Virus record (IMG/VR): IMGVR_UViG_3300036857_000120
From: an uncultured virus (IMG/VR IMGVR_UViG_3300036857_000120)
Taxonomy: Duplodnaviria; Heunggongvirae; Uroviricota; Caudoviricetes
Strand: one strand, 5' to 3'
Length of the DNA stretch: 64,000 nt
The stretch's first letter is position 1. Every line of letters starts with the position of its first letter. Of this stretch, positions 46,909 to 55,556 are shown in pieces. The notes beneath the pieces are model-generated. The model worked only from the letters and a program-made list of their open reading frames with translations, ran no database searches and was not told the DNA's origin. Both the position numbers and the translations under genes were made by a program.

Positions 46909-47601
46909 ATGCGCTCCGCCGTACTTTCGATCATTCTAATCTGCGCCGCCGCGCCGGCGCTCGCCGACAACATTTCTCCGTGGTCGACCTCGTGCGGGAC
47001 CTGGACCGCGGTCAAGCAGGGCAACGGGCAGACCGTCTCCGGGTCGAGCATCGATACGTCGGGCTTCGGGAATTATTCCATCGCGCTCAATCAATCCGGA
47101 TGCGTCGGGACGCAAGGGCCTCCCGGCCCTCCCGGTCCTCCGGGCCAGACCGGGGCGACGGGCGCAACCGGGGCGACGGGCGCGCAAGGTCCTCCGGGGA
47201 CGGCGGGCGCGGCCGGAGCGCAAGGTCCTCCCGGGACGGCGGGAGCCGCGGGGGCCGCGGGGGCCGCGGGCACGGCGGGCGCGAAGGGCGACAAGGGCGA
47301 TCCGGGAGCGCCTGGAGCGCAAGGGGCCGCGGGGCCGCAAGGTCCTCCAGGCGTGATCGACACGTTCCGCATGAGCGAGATCCTCGCGCTCAATGCCGCA
47401 TTGGCGCAACCGGTCTGGCTCGAAACGCGGGAACGGTTTTCGGTCTCCGGCGGTCTCGGTTTCGCGCAAGGCGGCGCGGTCGCGCTTGGGGTCACCGGGG
47501 TCATGCGGATCGGCACCAACGCGGCGGGCTTCGCCGGGATCGCGGTCGCGCCCGACAGCGGTCTATGGTCCGGGCGCGTCGGAGGGCGGATCGGTTGGTG
47601 A
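46909..47601 (+). CDS. Secreted collagen-repeat protein with YadA-like membrane anchor
   Basis: Signal peptide ALA-D, about 27 G-X-Y triplets, C-terminal helix plus beta strands ending in W. Confidence 0.75.
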   Translation: MRSAVLSIILICAAAPALADNISPWSTSCGTWTAVKQGNGQTVSGSSIDTSGFGNYSIALNQSGCVGTQGPPGPPGPPGQTGATGATGATGAQGPPGTAGAAGAQGPPGTAGAAGAAGAAGTAGAKGDKGDPGAPGAQGAAGPQGPPGVIDTFRMSEILALNAALAQPVWLETRERFSVSGGLGFAQGGAVALGVTGVMRIGTNAAGFAGIAVAPDSGLWSGRVGGRIGW

Positions 47602-47791
47602 TCCATGCCGCGTCATGTCGGAAAGCTCTATTTCGGTTGCCAAGTCTGCGGCCTCGCGGTCGCGCGCCATCGTGTCGACGGCGTGCGCTTGTGTTGCAGA
47701 TGCTACGTCCGCGCGGGCCACGCTCCGGCCGAATGGCATTCGGATTGCGTGGCGGAATTCCGGGCGCGGCAATCGGCGGGAGTTCGCGCGC

Positions 47792-48628
47792 CTAGTGATG
47801 CTGTTCGATCCGGAGCGGATTCGGATATCCAGGCGGTAGGAAGGGCTGGAGATCGAGCTTGATATAGTGCGCCTTCCCGTATCGCTGGAGGCGGTCGATC
47901 ATCCGGAGCGTGTAATCCTTCCAATCGAGGACCTTCGTGATCGTGGGGACGTCGTTCGCACGTCCGACCTTGAACAGATCGACGAATTCATGGGTCGCGT
48001 CGACGACGGCGAGCGAATGATCGATATCGAGCGTCGGCTCCAGTGAGACCCAAGTGAAGATCCCGCGGTCGTGGAACGCGCGGAGCGTGGCGATCCGGTC
48101 CTCCGGGAGCGCGGCGGCGCGTTCCCATTTGCGCGAGAAACGGTCGTCGAGCGAGGTCAAGGTCGAGGCGAAGGCGTCGAGGTCCGGGCGAAATAGATCG
48201 AGGTCGGCGAGCGCGCGTCTCCCTCCCTTCGTGAGCGGGCAGATCGCGAGGCCGTGCTCCTGGAGGATCTCCAGCGTCGGTCGCGTCACGGAGCGATCAA
48301 AGGGATTGTAAATATCCGTTGTGAACGAGAGCATGATCTGGACGTGTAGATCGTTCTCCTCGCATCGTTCCGCATCGCGGCGGAGGCGGCGAAGGTAGTC
48401 CTTTTTGGGAATTGCGCCCGCGTCGAATTCCTTGCGCGGTTGTTTGGTTATCCGCGGGACGTAGCAATACGAGCAAGCGTGCCCGCATCCGATATAGGGA
48501 TTCGTCGCATACGGCGCATATTCCCCGGCCTGTCCCTTCGGTCTGTAAATGACCTTCTCGGGCAGGCGAGCAATGATCTCGTCGGGGTCTTTCGGTCGAG
48601 GTCCCATAGGACGAGAGAATAGGTCCAT
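47792..48628 (-). CDS. Radical SAM protein (SplB-like)
   Basis: NPY.GC.H.C.YCY, S..TD.Y, LTK, WVSLEP; probable start 48607. Confidence 0.85.
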   Translation of the reverse strand: MDLFSRPMGPRPKDPDEIIARLPEKVIYRPKGQAGEYAPYATNPYIGCGHACSYCYVPRITKQPRKEFDAGAIPKKDYLRRLRRDAERCEENDLHVQIMLSFTTDIYNPFDRSVTRPTLEILQEHGLAICPLTKGGRRALADLDLFRPDLDAFASTLTSLDDRFSRKWERAAALPEDRIATLRAFHDRGIFTWVSLEPTLDIDHSLAVVDATHEFVDLFKVGRANDVPTITKVLDWKDYTLRMIDRLQRYGKAHYIKLDLQPFLPPGYPNPLRIEQHH

Positions 48629-48644
48629 CGGCCCTCCCGATCAA
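48616..48644 (-). promoter_or_regulatory. Sigma70-like promoter
   Basis: TTGATC-17-TATTCT, 8 nt before ATG 48607. Confidence 0.55.
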
Positions 48645-48722
48645 CGGAGATATTTTTGCAAGGTTAAGGGTCGGCGCGGAACTGGTCACGCAAAAAAGCC
48701 ATTTTGTAACGCGCAGTCGCCG

Positions 48723-48992
48723 CTATTCGAGAGCGTCGCGCGCGAGCGGGGCGAGCGCGGCATGATCGAGGAGCATCGCAAAATCCAAGCTCATGAGATG
48801 ATCGACGGCGGCGGGACTGAGCTCATAGCGCAGCATCATTCTAATCTGGCGCTCGACGACGGGCGCGACGTCCTGTTGCCCGCTCGCCCATCGCCGCGAG
48901 GTCCGCTCGTTCACGCGAAAAAATCTGGCAGCTGCGGCTTGCGTGAGATCGAACACGACGAGCGCCGCGCGGTAGTCGTCCTTCGTCATCAT
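48723..48992 (-). CDS. HTH DNA-binding protein
   Basis: YRAAL....LTQ..AARF..V..RTSRRWA.G. Confidence 0.75.
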   Translation of the reverse strand: MMTKDDYRAALVVFDLTQAAAARFFRVNERTSRRWASGQQDVAPVVERQIRMMLRYELSPAAVDHLMSLDFAMLLDHAALAPLARDALE

Positions 48993-49447
48993 GGTCGGTC
49001 CCTCCGCCAGTAACCATAGACGCATCGGGTCCCCGCGCGCGAGCAATCATGCGTGTCATGGATCACGCCGTCGATCACGGCGACCAGGTGCCGCGAGCAT
49101 TTGACGATCAGACGTCCGCGCGGAAGCTCGCCAGCGCGGAGATGCACGTTGCATCCGGATCCGATCTGCATGGTGGGAGTCCAGCGCCAGCCGAGCTCCT
49201 CCAGATAAGGACGCGAGACCTCGCGATAGACGCCGTCGCGCGGCGAGCTTCCGCGCTCCTGGAGCCTCTCGGCAACACGTCCGCGGCGCGTCCGCGCGTA
49301 GTCGCGATTGCGCGCGAGGAGCGCGTCATAGACCTCGCGATAGGGTTTGCCGGTCGCGATGGCGATGGCGCGGGTCACGCAATCATCGGCCTTGCCCTTG
49401 AAGCCCGCGGCCTTGCGACCGCCATCGTCATAGACGAAGCGGGTCAT
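48989..49447 (-). CDS. Phage protein with papain-like C...H...D pattern
   Basis: DCV.RAIAIA.G..Y, H..AVIDGVIHDT.D. Confidence 0.65.
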   Translation of the reverse strand: MTRFVYDDGGRKAAGFKGKADDCVTRAIAIATGKPYREVYDALLARNRDYARTRRGRVAERLQERGSSPRDGVYREVSRPYLEELGWRWTPTMQIGSGCNVHLRAGELPRGRLIVKCSRHLVAVIDGVIHDTHDCSRAGTRCVYGYWRRDRP

Positions 49448-49451
49448 CGGT

Positions 49452-49829
49452 TTAGTCCTCGTTTTCGAGAAACAGCCGCGCGCGCTCATGGCCTTCCTTG
49501 CCGGGAATGCCGGGGACCAGGACCATCCACATCGGAGCAACCATCGGGCCGTCCTCGCGCGTCTCGCAATCGAATGTGACGACGTGCATGTAGTCGCGCT
49601 CTCGGATGCTCATGAGGTCGCATTTGACGTCCGGGCTCGTGAAGCCGCTCGCGGTCACGCGCAAATATCCGACGCCTCCGCGCTTGCATTCGCGCGGTTT
49701 GAATCGCGTGTAATAACTGCCGCTTCCGTGGTCGCACCATTCGCCGCGATACTTGGCGGGGATCTCGGCGGATTGCGCCGACGTCGTCGCCAGCGTCAAG
49801 CCCGCCAGCACGAGAGCCATCCTGGTCAT
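49452..49829 (-). CDS. Secreted hypothetical protein
   Basis: Signal peptide, IP..YRG.WC. Confidence 0.6.
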   Translation of the reverse strand: MTRMALVLAGLTLATTSAQSAEIPAKYRGEWCDHGSGSYYTRFKPRECKRGGVGYLRVTASGFTSPDVKCDLMSIRERDYMHVVTFDCETREDGPMVAPMWMVLVPGIPGKEGHERARLFLENED

Positions 49830-50074
49830 CGCGTGATCTCCTCATGGCGGATCGCGTCGTTCACGAGGTCGACGGCGAATAGACGGAGGCGATGGGTCAA
49901 GCCGTGGAAGCGGCGGGCCTCGCGTTGACGGAGGAGGCCCATATCGTTCTCGCCGATCTCCTCCATCTGGACGACGAGGCGATTGAGCTTCTGGCAGAGC
50001 GCGCGATAGTCGCGGTCGATCTTCGTGCGGCGCGCATGCTCTCGCACCAACCATGCGGGACGTTTGTCGGTCAT
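49826..50074 (-). CDS. Hypothetical protein
   Basis: GGAGG RBS, coupling. Confidence 0.5.
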   Translation of the reverse strand: MTDKRPAWLVREHARRTKIDRDYRALCQKLNRLVVQMEEIGENDMGLLRQREARRFHGLTHRLRLFAVDLVNDAIRHEEITR

Positions 50075-50529
50075 TGCGTCCTCCAGAGGATCGGGACCGT
50101 GGAATAGGGCGGCTCGCAACGGGGATCGTCGGGGAAGCGCCCGACGCGATCCGGAATGAGGACTTGCTGGACGCGATAGTCGCGGCCGAGTCGTCCCGCC
50201 TGGATCGTGTATTTCTCCTGGGCCTTGCGAATGTCCGCATCGATGATCTTCACGCCGAGCGCGCCGCCGATGGAGACGACCTCGTCGTGATGGAAGCCGC
50301 GTCCGTTCCCGATCATGATGGTCGAGAGCGGATTGAGCATGCGCCCGTCTATCGTCCCGATCACGAGGAGCTCGGGCAGATCGACGAGTTGATTCCCGAT
50401 TGTGTAGGCAAAGGGGATATCGTCGCCGACGCAAATCACGGTCCGTCCGGTCCGGTTGATATCGTCGATCATCTTCTGGCGGAAGCGATCAAAGTCGGCG
50501 GCGGTCGGGCGTTTCGGTCTCGTGGTCAT
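50071..50529 (-). CDS. DUF4262-like protein
   Basis: PFAYTIG....LPELLV.G, Q...PD..GRFP.D. Confidence 0.7.
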   Translation of the reverse strand: MTTRPKRPTAADFDRFRQKMIDDINRTGRTVICVGDDIPFAYTIGNQLVDLPELLVIGTIDGRMLNPLSTIMIGNGRGFHHDEVVSIGGALGVKIIDADIRKAQEKYTIQAGRLGRDYRVQQVLIPDRVGRFPDDPRCEPPYSTVPILWRTQ

Positions 50530-50726
50530 GGTCTCCTCCAGGGAGTGAGTTGAGCGCGGCGCGCGGCCATGCGGGCCTCGTCGCCGAGATCGCGGAGAAG
50601 GCGGAGCATCTCGCGCAGACTCGAATCGTCGAGGCGGTCGAGCTCGATGGCGTAGCGGCGCGCGGTCGAGCGCAGGATCATGGCGTGAATTTGCGCCACG
50701 AGTTGCCGCGAGGTCGGGCCGGTCAT
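50526..50726 (-). CDS. Hypothetical protein
   Basis: GGAGGAGG RBS. Confidence 0.5.
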   Translation of the reverse strand: MTGPTSRQLVAQIHAMILRSTARRYAIELDRLDDSSLREMLRLLRDLGDEARMAARRAQLTPWRRP

Positions 50727-50893
50727 CGGATATCCTCCTCCGGGTCGTCGACGCGATAGGTCTTCGGGATATTCGGATCGAGCGGGTCCCATCGCACGAT
50801 GACGTAGTCATGCATGACGGCGATGATCCGGGCCGGATACCAAGCGCCGTCGCTGTAGCGGACTTGGCGCAATTGGCCTGGAGCGAGTTTCAT
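50723..50893 (-). CDS. Small Tudor/SH3-like protein
   Basis: DG.WYPA.I......V.W. Confidence 0.5.
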   Translation of the reverse strand: MKLAPGQLRQVRYSDGAWYPARIIAVMHDYVIVRWDPLDPNIPKTYRVDDPEEDIR

Positions 50894-51117
50894 ACCGGCA
50901 CCCGCTTGATCGCGGCGACGGCGGCGACGTCGATCATCATGGGATCGTCGCTGCCATCGGAGCCCTTGACGTCGAGGCGGACCAGACCGTCCGACGTCGG
51001 ATTGTGAAGCGCGCCGACGAAGGTCATCCCGGAGTTGAGGACGACCAGCGCCAGCCATGCGTCCCCGTCCGGGGCCTCGATCTCCTTCATCGCCAGAGCG
51101 AATTGACGGAGGGTCAT
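50890..51117 (-). CDS. Small Sm/Hfq-fold-like hypothetical protein
   Basis: VVLNSG..F.G pattern; GGGAG RBS. Confidence 0.45.
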   Translation of the reverse strand: MTLRQFALAMKEIEAPDGDAWLALVVLNSGMTFVGALHNPTSDGLVRLDVKGSDGSDDPMMIDVAAVAAIKRVPV

Positions 51118-51127
51118 GGGTGTCTCC

Positions 51128-51418
51128 CTATCCGACCTGGAGGACCTTGGCGCAGTCGCGGCAAGTCCAGTGATGTTTCATCCGTCGCGTGTCGGGGTGA
51201 TAGTCGGCGTCCCCGGAAGGGTTGCCGCACGAGCACCACATCGCGGCCTCGCGGGCGAGTGCCGCGGCGCGGGTCGCGGTCACCTTCCCGATCCCGCCAC
51301 AGGTCACGCAATCGAGTATGACGTGATCGACCTTGCGGGTCGCGCCTTCGATGGTCGTGGTCTCGACCGTGATTGTCTTCGCGCCCTTGCAAGCAGGGCA
51401 GTCGCGCAGCGTCGTCAT
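51128..51418 (-). CDS. Zinc-finger protein (CxxCxG repeats)
   Basis: CPACKG, CVTCGG.G, HHW.C..C. Confidence 0.6.
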   Translation of the reverse strand: MTTLRDCPACKGAKTITVETTTIEGATRKVDHVILDCVTCGGIGKVTATRAAALAREAAMWCSCGNPSGDADYHPDTRRMKHHWTCRDCAKVLQVG

Positions 51419-51900
51419 GGTGCTCTCCGTTTGAAAATGTCGAGGCGCTCGACCTCCGTGAGCGGTTGTCCCTTCAATTCCTCCTCGCGCACGAGGGCGT
51501 CGAGGAGCTCGAGCGATTGCTGGAGCCATTGCGGACGGCGGCGATAGGATCGCTCATGGCTCATTCGGCGGGCGGAGGACAAAGCACCCGCGGGACCGCC
51601 GCGCATGCGGATGACTCCCTCGACGAAGCGGACCGCCGCATCGTGCGCGCGCTTGGAGATCGGTCGCGTCTTCGGCGCGCGGAGTATTTCGCGGCCAGCG
51701 CCCGCGCGGGCATTGTTGCAGACGTGCGCGATAGAGGCGGCGACGATGTTGTCACGACAGGCGCAAATCATGTCGCTCGCGACGATCCGCGATGCGCCGT
51801 CCTTCCATTCGTAGGAGTAGAGAACGACGACGGCGCGAATGCCCGCGGCGCGCAATTCCGGAGGGACGTCCTCCGATATCCCGAAGGGTCCCGCGCTCAT
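51415..51900 (-). CDS. Hypothetical protein (may be two genes)
   Basis: ATGA coupling. Confidence 0.4.
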   Translation of the reverse strand: MSAGPFGISEDVPPELRAAGIRAVVVLYSYEWKDGASRIVASDMICACRDNIVAASIAHVCNNARAGAGREILRAPKTRPISKRAHDAAVRFVEGVIRMRGGPAGALSSARRMSHERSYRRRPQWLQQSLELLDALVREEELKGQPLTEVERLDIFKRRAP

Positions 51901-52199
51901 GACACGAGCCCTCCGCTCTGGAGCGCGAAGGCATAGAGGCGGCGCTCCAGATCGACGAGGTCGTCGGAGATGAATTCGGACCGCTCCAGGATCAGATGCC
52001 AGCGTCCCTCGCGGCGCGCGTCTTCGGGCCACGAGTCCAGGACCTCGTCGATGAAATAGGTCCCGTCGTAAATCCAGCCGCGGGCGATCTGGCCGTCGTC
52101 ATCGGGGAACCCGGGGAAACATTGATCCGGGAGGTCGCGATAGAAATTGTCGCTCCATCGCTTGCTCGCCTGGAATTGTTCGAAGGTCATGACGGTCAT
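51897..52199 (-). CDS. Hypothetical protein
   Basis: MTFEQFQAS, W.L.LE......DL..LE..LY. Confidence 0.6.
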   Translation of the reverse strand: MTVMTFEQFQASKRWSDNFYRDLPDQCFPGFPDDDGQIARGWIYDGTYFIDEVLDSWPEDARREGRWHLILERSEFISDDLVDLERRLYAFALQSGGLVS

Positions 52200-52450
52200 G
52201 GCTTCACCTTTTCGATCTGGTCGCGAGGAAGGTCGGAGGTCCAGCCGGTCTCGTGCCAGCGGATGCGGATAGTCGCGCCGTCGAAAATCGCCTCGACGCG
52301 GCCGGTATGGCGTCCGCCGATCTCGCGAACAACGTCGCCACAATCAAAGCCGATCCAGTCGGCGACGCGCACGCGCGAGGACGAGACGCGGGGAGCGAGG
52401 CCCATCTCCTCGCGGAGGCGCGCTTGCGGGGATTTGACGACGGTCATCAT
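52196..52450 (-). CDS. SH3-like hypothetical protein
   Basis: GD.V......H.GRV. Confidence 0.5.
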   Translation of the reverse strand: MMTVVKSPQARLREEMGLAPRVSSSRVRVADWIGFDCGDVVREIGGRHTGRVEAIFDGATIRIRWHETGWTSDLPRDQIEKVKP

Positions 52451-52800
52451 GACTTGTCCTCCGTGGTGACTTCCCAAGGGCAGCATGCGAAGTTCGCGTC
52501 TTCGGGATTTTCGTCGAGGTCGGTCTCGTCATCGAGACCCATGTCGTGCGCGTTGTCGGCGCAAGTATCGATGACGTCTTTGACCAACGGCCGGAACACA
52601 TCGGGCAACGTGAAGACGGTTGCGCCTTCCGGATTAGTCCCGGCATGGACGGCGTCGACGAAAAGTCCCCATGTCTCCGCGCGCGACGTCGATTCGATAT
52701 CGCCTTGCACCGCGTCGTCGCGATGGTTTGTCCAGAGAGCTTCGGCCATCGATGCGAATGAAAGCGCAGCGGCGCGGCGGGCAAACGTGAGCTTCATCAT
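52447..52800 (-). CDS. Acidic hypothetical protein
   Basis: ATGA coupling. Confidence 0.5.
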   Translation of the reverse strand: MMKLTFARRAAALSFASMAEALWTNHRDDAVQGDIESTSRAETWGLFVDAVHAGTNPEGATVFTLPDVFRPLVKDVIDTCADNAHDMGLDDETDLDENPEDANFACCPWEVTTEDKS

Positions 52801-53324
52801 GAGAGCCACTCCAGGACGCGGACCGCATCCGCCCCGCCATCGGAGAGGACGTCCGCTTGCTTCTCGGTATTGACGCGATCCGCCAGAGCGATGTTCTCGC
52901 TCATGAGACGGGCGAGGAGTTTGCGGTCGACCTTGCGCGCGGGAATGTGCGCGCGGTCGAATTCCTCGCGCGAGATCTCGATGGTGACGAGCCGCGCCGG
53001 ATTGAACAGGCGCACGCGCTTGGAGGAGGACGCCATCACGACGAAGCGGCGGCGACCGCATCCGACGACGGGGTGATCGAGCCATATCTCGATCATCTGG
53101 AAATCGTCGGCGGGGATCATCTCCGGCGCGACGTAAACGGAGTGAACGAGGTCCGCGTCGGACTCGCGATGGACGACCGCGGCGGGGCGCGGGGTCTCGA
53201 CAACGGGCGCGGCCGGAGCGGGGATCGCGGTCGAGGCGGCGAGAGCGGCGGCGGCGGCGCGCGCACGGCGCGTCTCCCATGCCTTGCGGCCCGCCTTCTG
53301 GTAGGTCGTGAGAGTGTCGGTCAT
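52797..53324 (-). CDS. Hypothetical protein with N-terminal KAWETRR motif
   Basis: First gene after promoter and hairpin-RBS. Confidence 0.65.
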   Translation of the reverse strand: MTDTLTTYQKAGRKAWETRRARAAAAALAASTAIPAPAAPVVETPRPAAVVHRESDADLVHSVYVAPEMIPADDFQMIEIWLDHPVVGCGRRRFVVMASSSKRVRLFNPARLVTIEISREEFDRAHIPARKVDRKLLARLMSENIALADRVNTEKQADVLSDGGADAVRVLEWLS

Positions 53325-53383
53325 TTCGGTCTCCCGGGCATTTGCCCTTGGAACGGACGGCGGGGATCGCCGTCCTCGTGGTC

Positions 53384-53412
53384 AAAATAGGACCGTCGGT
53401 CCGATGGGTCAA
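53384..53412 (-). promoter_or_regulatory. Sigma70-like promoter
   Basis: CTAGGACCCC-TTGACC-17-TATTTT. Confidence 0.7.
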
Positions 53413-53418
53413 GGGGTC

Positions 53419-54273
53419 CTAGGCGGACCTCGCGACCTCGTGAGCGGCGGCGCGAGCGGCCTCCTCCCGGGCGCGGCGCGTCGCCCATGCCTTGCGGCCG
53501 GGAGTGAGCGCGGCGACGGAGGGATCGACGGGCGGCGGCGGATTGCGCCACGAGAACGAGCGGCCGAGTCCCTTCACGGTCCGCAGTCCGCGCGCGTGCG
53601 CGCGGTCCTCGATCTCCAGCGCGCGCGCATGGAGCGCCGGTTGCGTTTGAGCCAGCTCCTCGATCTCGCGCAATTTCATCGCGGGGCAGAACCAGCACGA
53701 GGATTTGCGGGGAACGGGGAGACCGGCCTCGCGGATCACGCGCTCGCATCCGGCGCGGTCCAGATTCCATTCGACGAGCGGATAGCGATATTCATATCCG
53801 GGCTCGCCACGTCCCGCGGCATGCTTCACGCGCCGCGCGTCGGCGGGGCCAGCGTCATATCCGATCAGCTTGCGGATCGTCGCGCCATGGTTCCAAGTCT
53901 TCGTCTTCGAATTCCAGCCGAAGACCTCGCGGCATTTTTTATCCTGGGGGACGATCTTCCATTTGATCGAGCAAGAGTGTCCGCCGTAAGCGAGCGAGGG
54001 CAGAACGGATTTGCGGAGGCATTCGTCGCCGAGAGAAGCGTCGCCAGCAATCGGGCTCGCATTCTTCACGGTCTGGATCGCGGGCCAGCCAATCGAGGCG
54101 AGCCACGCTTGCATGATCGGGAGGTAAGCGTAAGTCTCCGGGCGCTCCGATCCAGTGTCGGCAAATAAGATCAGATCGGGAGCGGGCTCGCCGCGGCGAT
54201 GCATCTCGACGAGCATCGCGGTCGAATTCAAGCCAAGTCCGTAAGCAACTACGACGGGGATTCGGTCGGTCAT
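53419..54273 (-). CDS. PAPS reductase-family (PP-loop) protein
   Basis: YGLGLNSTAM, FADTG.E.PETY, CS.KWK, YPL, KSSCWFCP. Confidence 0.8.
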   Translation of the reverse strand: MTDRIPVVVAYGLGLNSTAMLVEMHRRGEPAPDLILFADTGSERPETYAYLPIMQAWLASIGWPAIQTVKNASPIAGDASLGDECLRKSVLPSLAYGGHSCSIKWKIVPQDKKCREVFGWNSKTKTWNHGATIRKLIGYDAGPADARRVKHAAGRGEPGYEYRYPLVEWNLDRAGCERVIREAGLPVPRKSSCWFCPAMKLREIEELAQTQPALHARALEIEDRAHARGLRTVKGLGRSFSWRNPPPPVDPSVAALTPGRKAWATRRAREEAARAAAHEVARSA

Positions 54274-54321
54274 TTTTGTCTCCCGGGCAAATGCCCTTGG
54301 ATCGAGTGGGGCGGAGGCGCT

Positions 54322-54867
54322 TTACAGCGCGGCCTCCGCGACGAGTTGAGTGAGCGGCTTGCGGCTCATATGGAGCGTGTATCCGGTGCGCTTCTCCATC
54401 TCGACGTATTTCGCGAACAGATCCGGACGAGCCTTCGCGCCGAGGGCGAGATCGCGCTTGTCGCCCATGATGCAGAACACGCAAGAGAGGCGGAGATTGC
54501 CCGCCGCATAGGCCGGATGCGGCTCCTGTCCCGCGGCGCGGATCGTCTCGAAAACCTCCGCGGTCGTGAGCGAATGGATCGGAAGCCAGTCGTACCATTC
54601 ACGGCCCGCGACGCTTGCAGCTCGAGCTGCTCTGCGCTTTACGGGCACTCATCCGCAGCGGTGAGCGTGATGCTGCGAGTAATCCAGCATTGGACGCAGA
54701 GCAGCTCGACCCTCTCACCACCTGGTGGGTTTTACGTGCAACCCCTGACCACCAGCCGGTGGCACCACCTCTACAGCAAGGGCCAATGGGTTCGCCGTAG
54801 GAGGCTGCATCAGGACGAAAAGCGCGCCGCGCGCGACGAGGTCGGAGATGGTCGGAAGGTCGGTCAT
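54322..54867 (-). pseudogene. Second PAPS reductase-like gene, core replaced by a structured insert
   Basis: N-terminal MTDLPTISDLVARGALFVL and C-terminal WLPIH..H.AY..G..RLSC.FCI in one frame, separated by 195 nt with two TGA. Confidence 0.75.
54616..54809. other. 194-nt fold-back foreign element (ncRNA or MITE-like candidate)
   Basis: TGCAGC/GCTGCA ends, perfect 15-bp internal inverted repeat, several hairpins. Confidence 0.7.
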
Positions 54868-54908
54868 CGTGTTCTCCCGGGCAAAATCGCCCTTGGCTTT
54901 ATGACGTT

Positions 54909-54937
54909 AATGTAGGGACCCCGGGCCGTTAGGTCCA
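54909..54937 (-). promoter_or_regulatory. Sigma70-like promoter
   Basis: CTAGGACCCC-TGGACC-17-TACATT. Confidence 0.65.
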
Positions 54938-55031
54938 GGGGTCCTAGATCACGAACCCGCGACCGACCAGGCCGCGCTAATCGTTAGGCTTTTCGGTCCT
55001 GGTTCCGGGCGTTAAAAGGTTAATCGGGGAT

Positions 55032-55472
55032 TTAATCCTTTAACGAGCGGGCCAGAGCGTCCGCCATGGCGTCGGCGAGCGGAATCCCGCGGAAGGCGGC
55101 GTCCAGGACGAGCCGGTTGAGCACGTCGGCGGGGAGCCGGAGCGGGGTCTCGCGGCGGCGGTCCCCGTCCAGGAGGACCAGCGCGAGCGCGATTGGACGA
55201 GCAATCCCGTTCCCGACCGGGGCGGGAGGAGGCGGGAGCGCCGCGGCGGTCGTCGGGCGCGGCAGAAGGCGGACGCCATTCTCGACGGGACGGCGGCGGA
55301 GCGAGATGCCGAGGCGCGAGCAAGTGACCTGGAGCGAGCCGACGGTCACGCCGATGATCTCGGCGATCTCCTCGCGCGAGGTCCCGCGCTCGACAAGGTT
55401 GCGGATTTGATCGATCCGCTCCGGGGTGAATTTGACGGCGCGGCCTCGATTGTTGGTTGTGATGGAGATCAC
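55032..55472 (-). CDS. HTH DNA-binding protein
   Basis: KFTPE.I..I..LV..G.SREEIAE.IGVTVGSLQVTCS.LGISL. Confidence 0.75.
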   Translation of the reverse strand: MISITTNNRGRAVKFTPERIDQIRNLVERGTSREEIAEIIGVTVGSLQVTCSRLGISLRRRPVENGVRLLPRPTTAAALPPPPAPVGNGIARPIALALVLLDGDRRRETPLRLPADVLNRLVLDAAFRGIPLADAMADALARSLKD

Positions 55473-55556
55473 AGGGATTCCTCCCGGGCAAATGCCCTTG
55501 GCTAGTGGTCGACAGGGACGGGGATTGCGTTCAAATCGGACGGCGGACTGGCGGTC

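Noticed and set aside
47115..47355. Non-coding tandem repeat
   Set aside because: Explained by collagen G-X-Y codons
54616..54809. Retron msr-msd, self-splicing intron or selenocysteine read-through
   Set aside because: No RT nearby; no group I/II core motifs recognised; precise removal would still leave the PP-loop missing; read-through peptide does not resemble the family
55012..55035. CtrA box
   Set aside because: TTAA half sites are 4 and 8 nt apart, not 7
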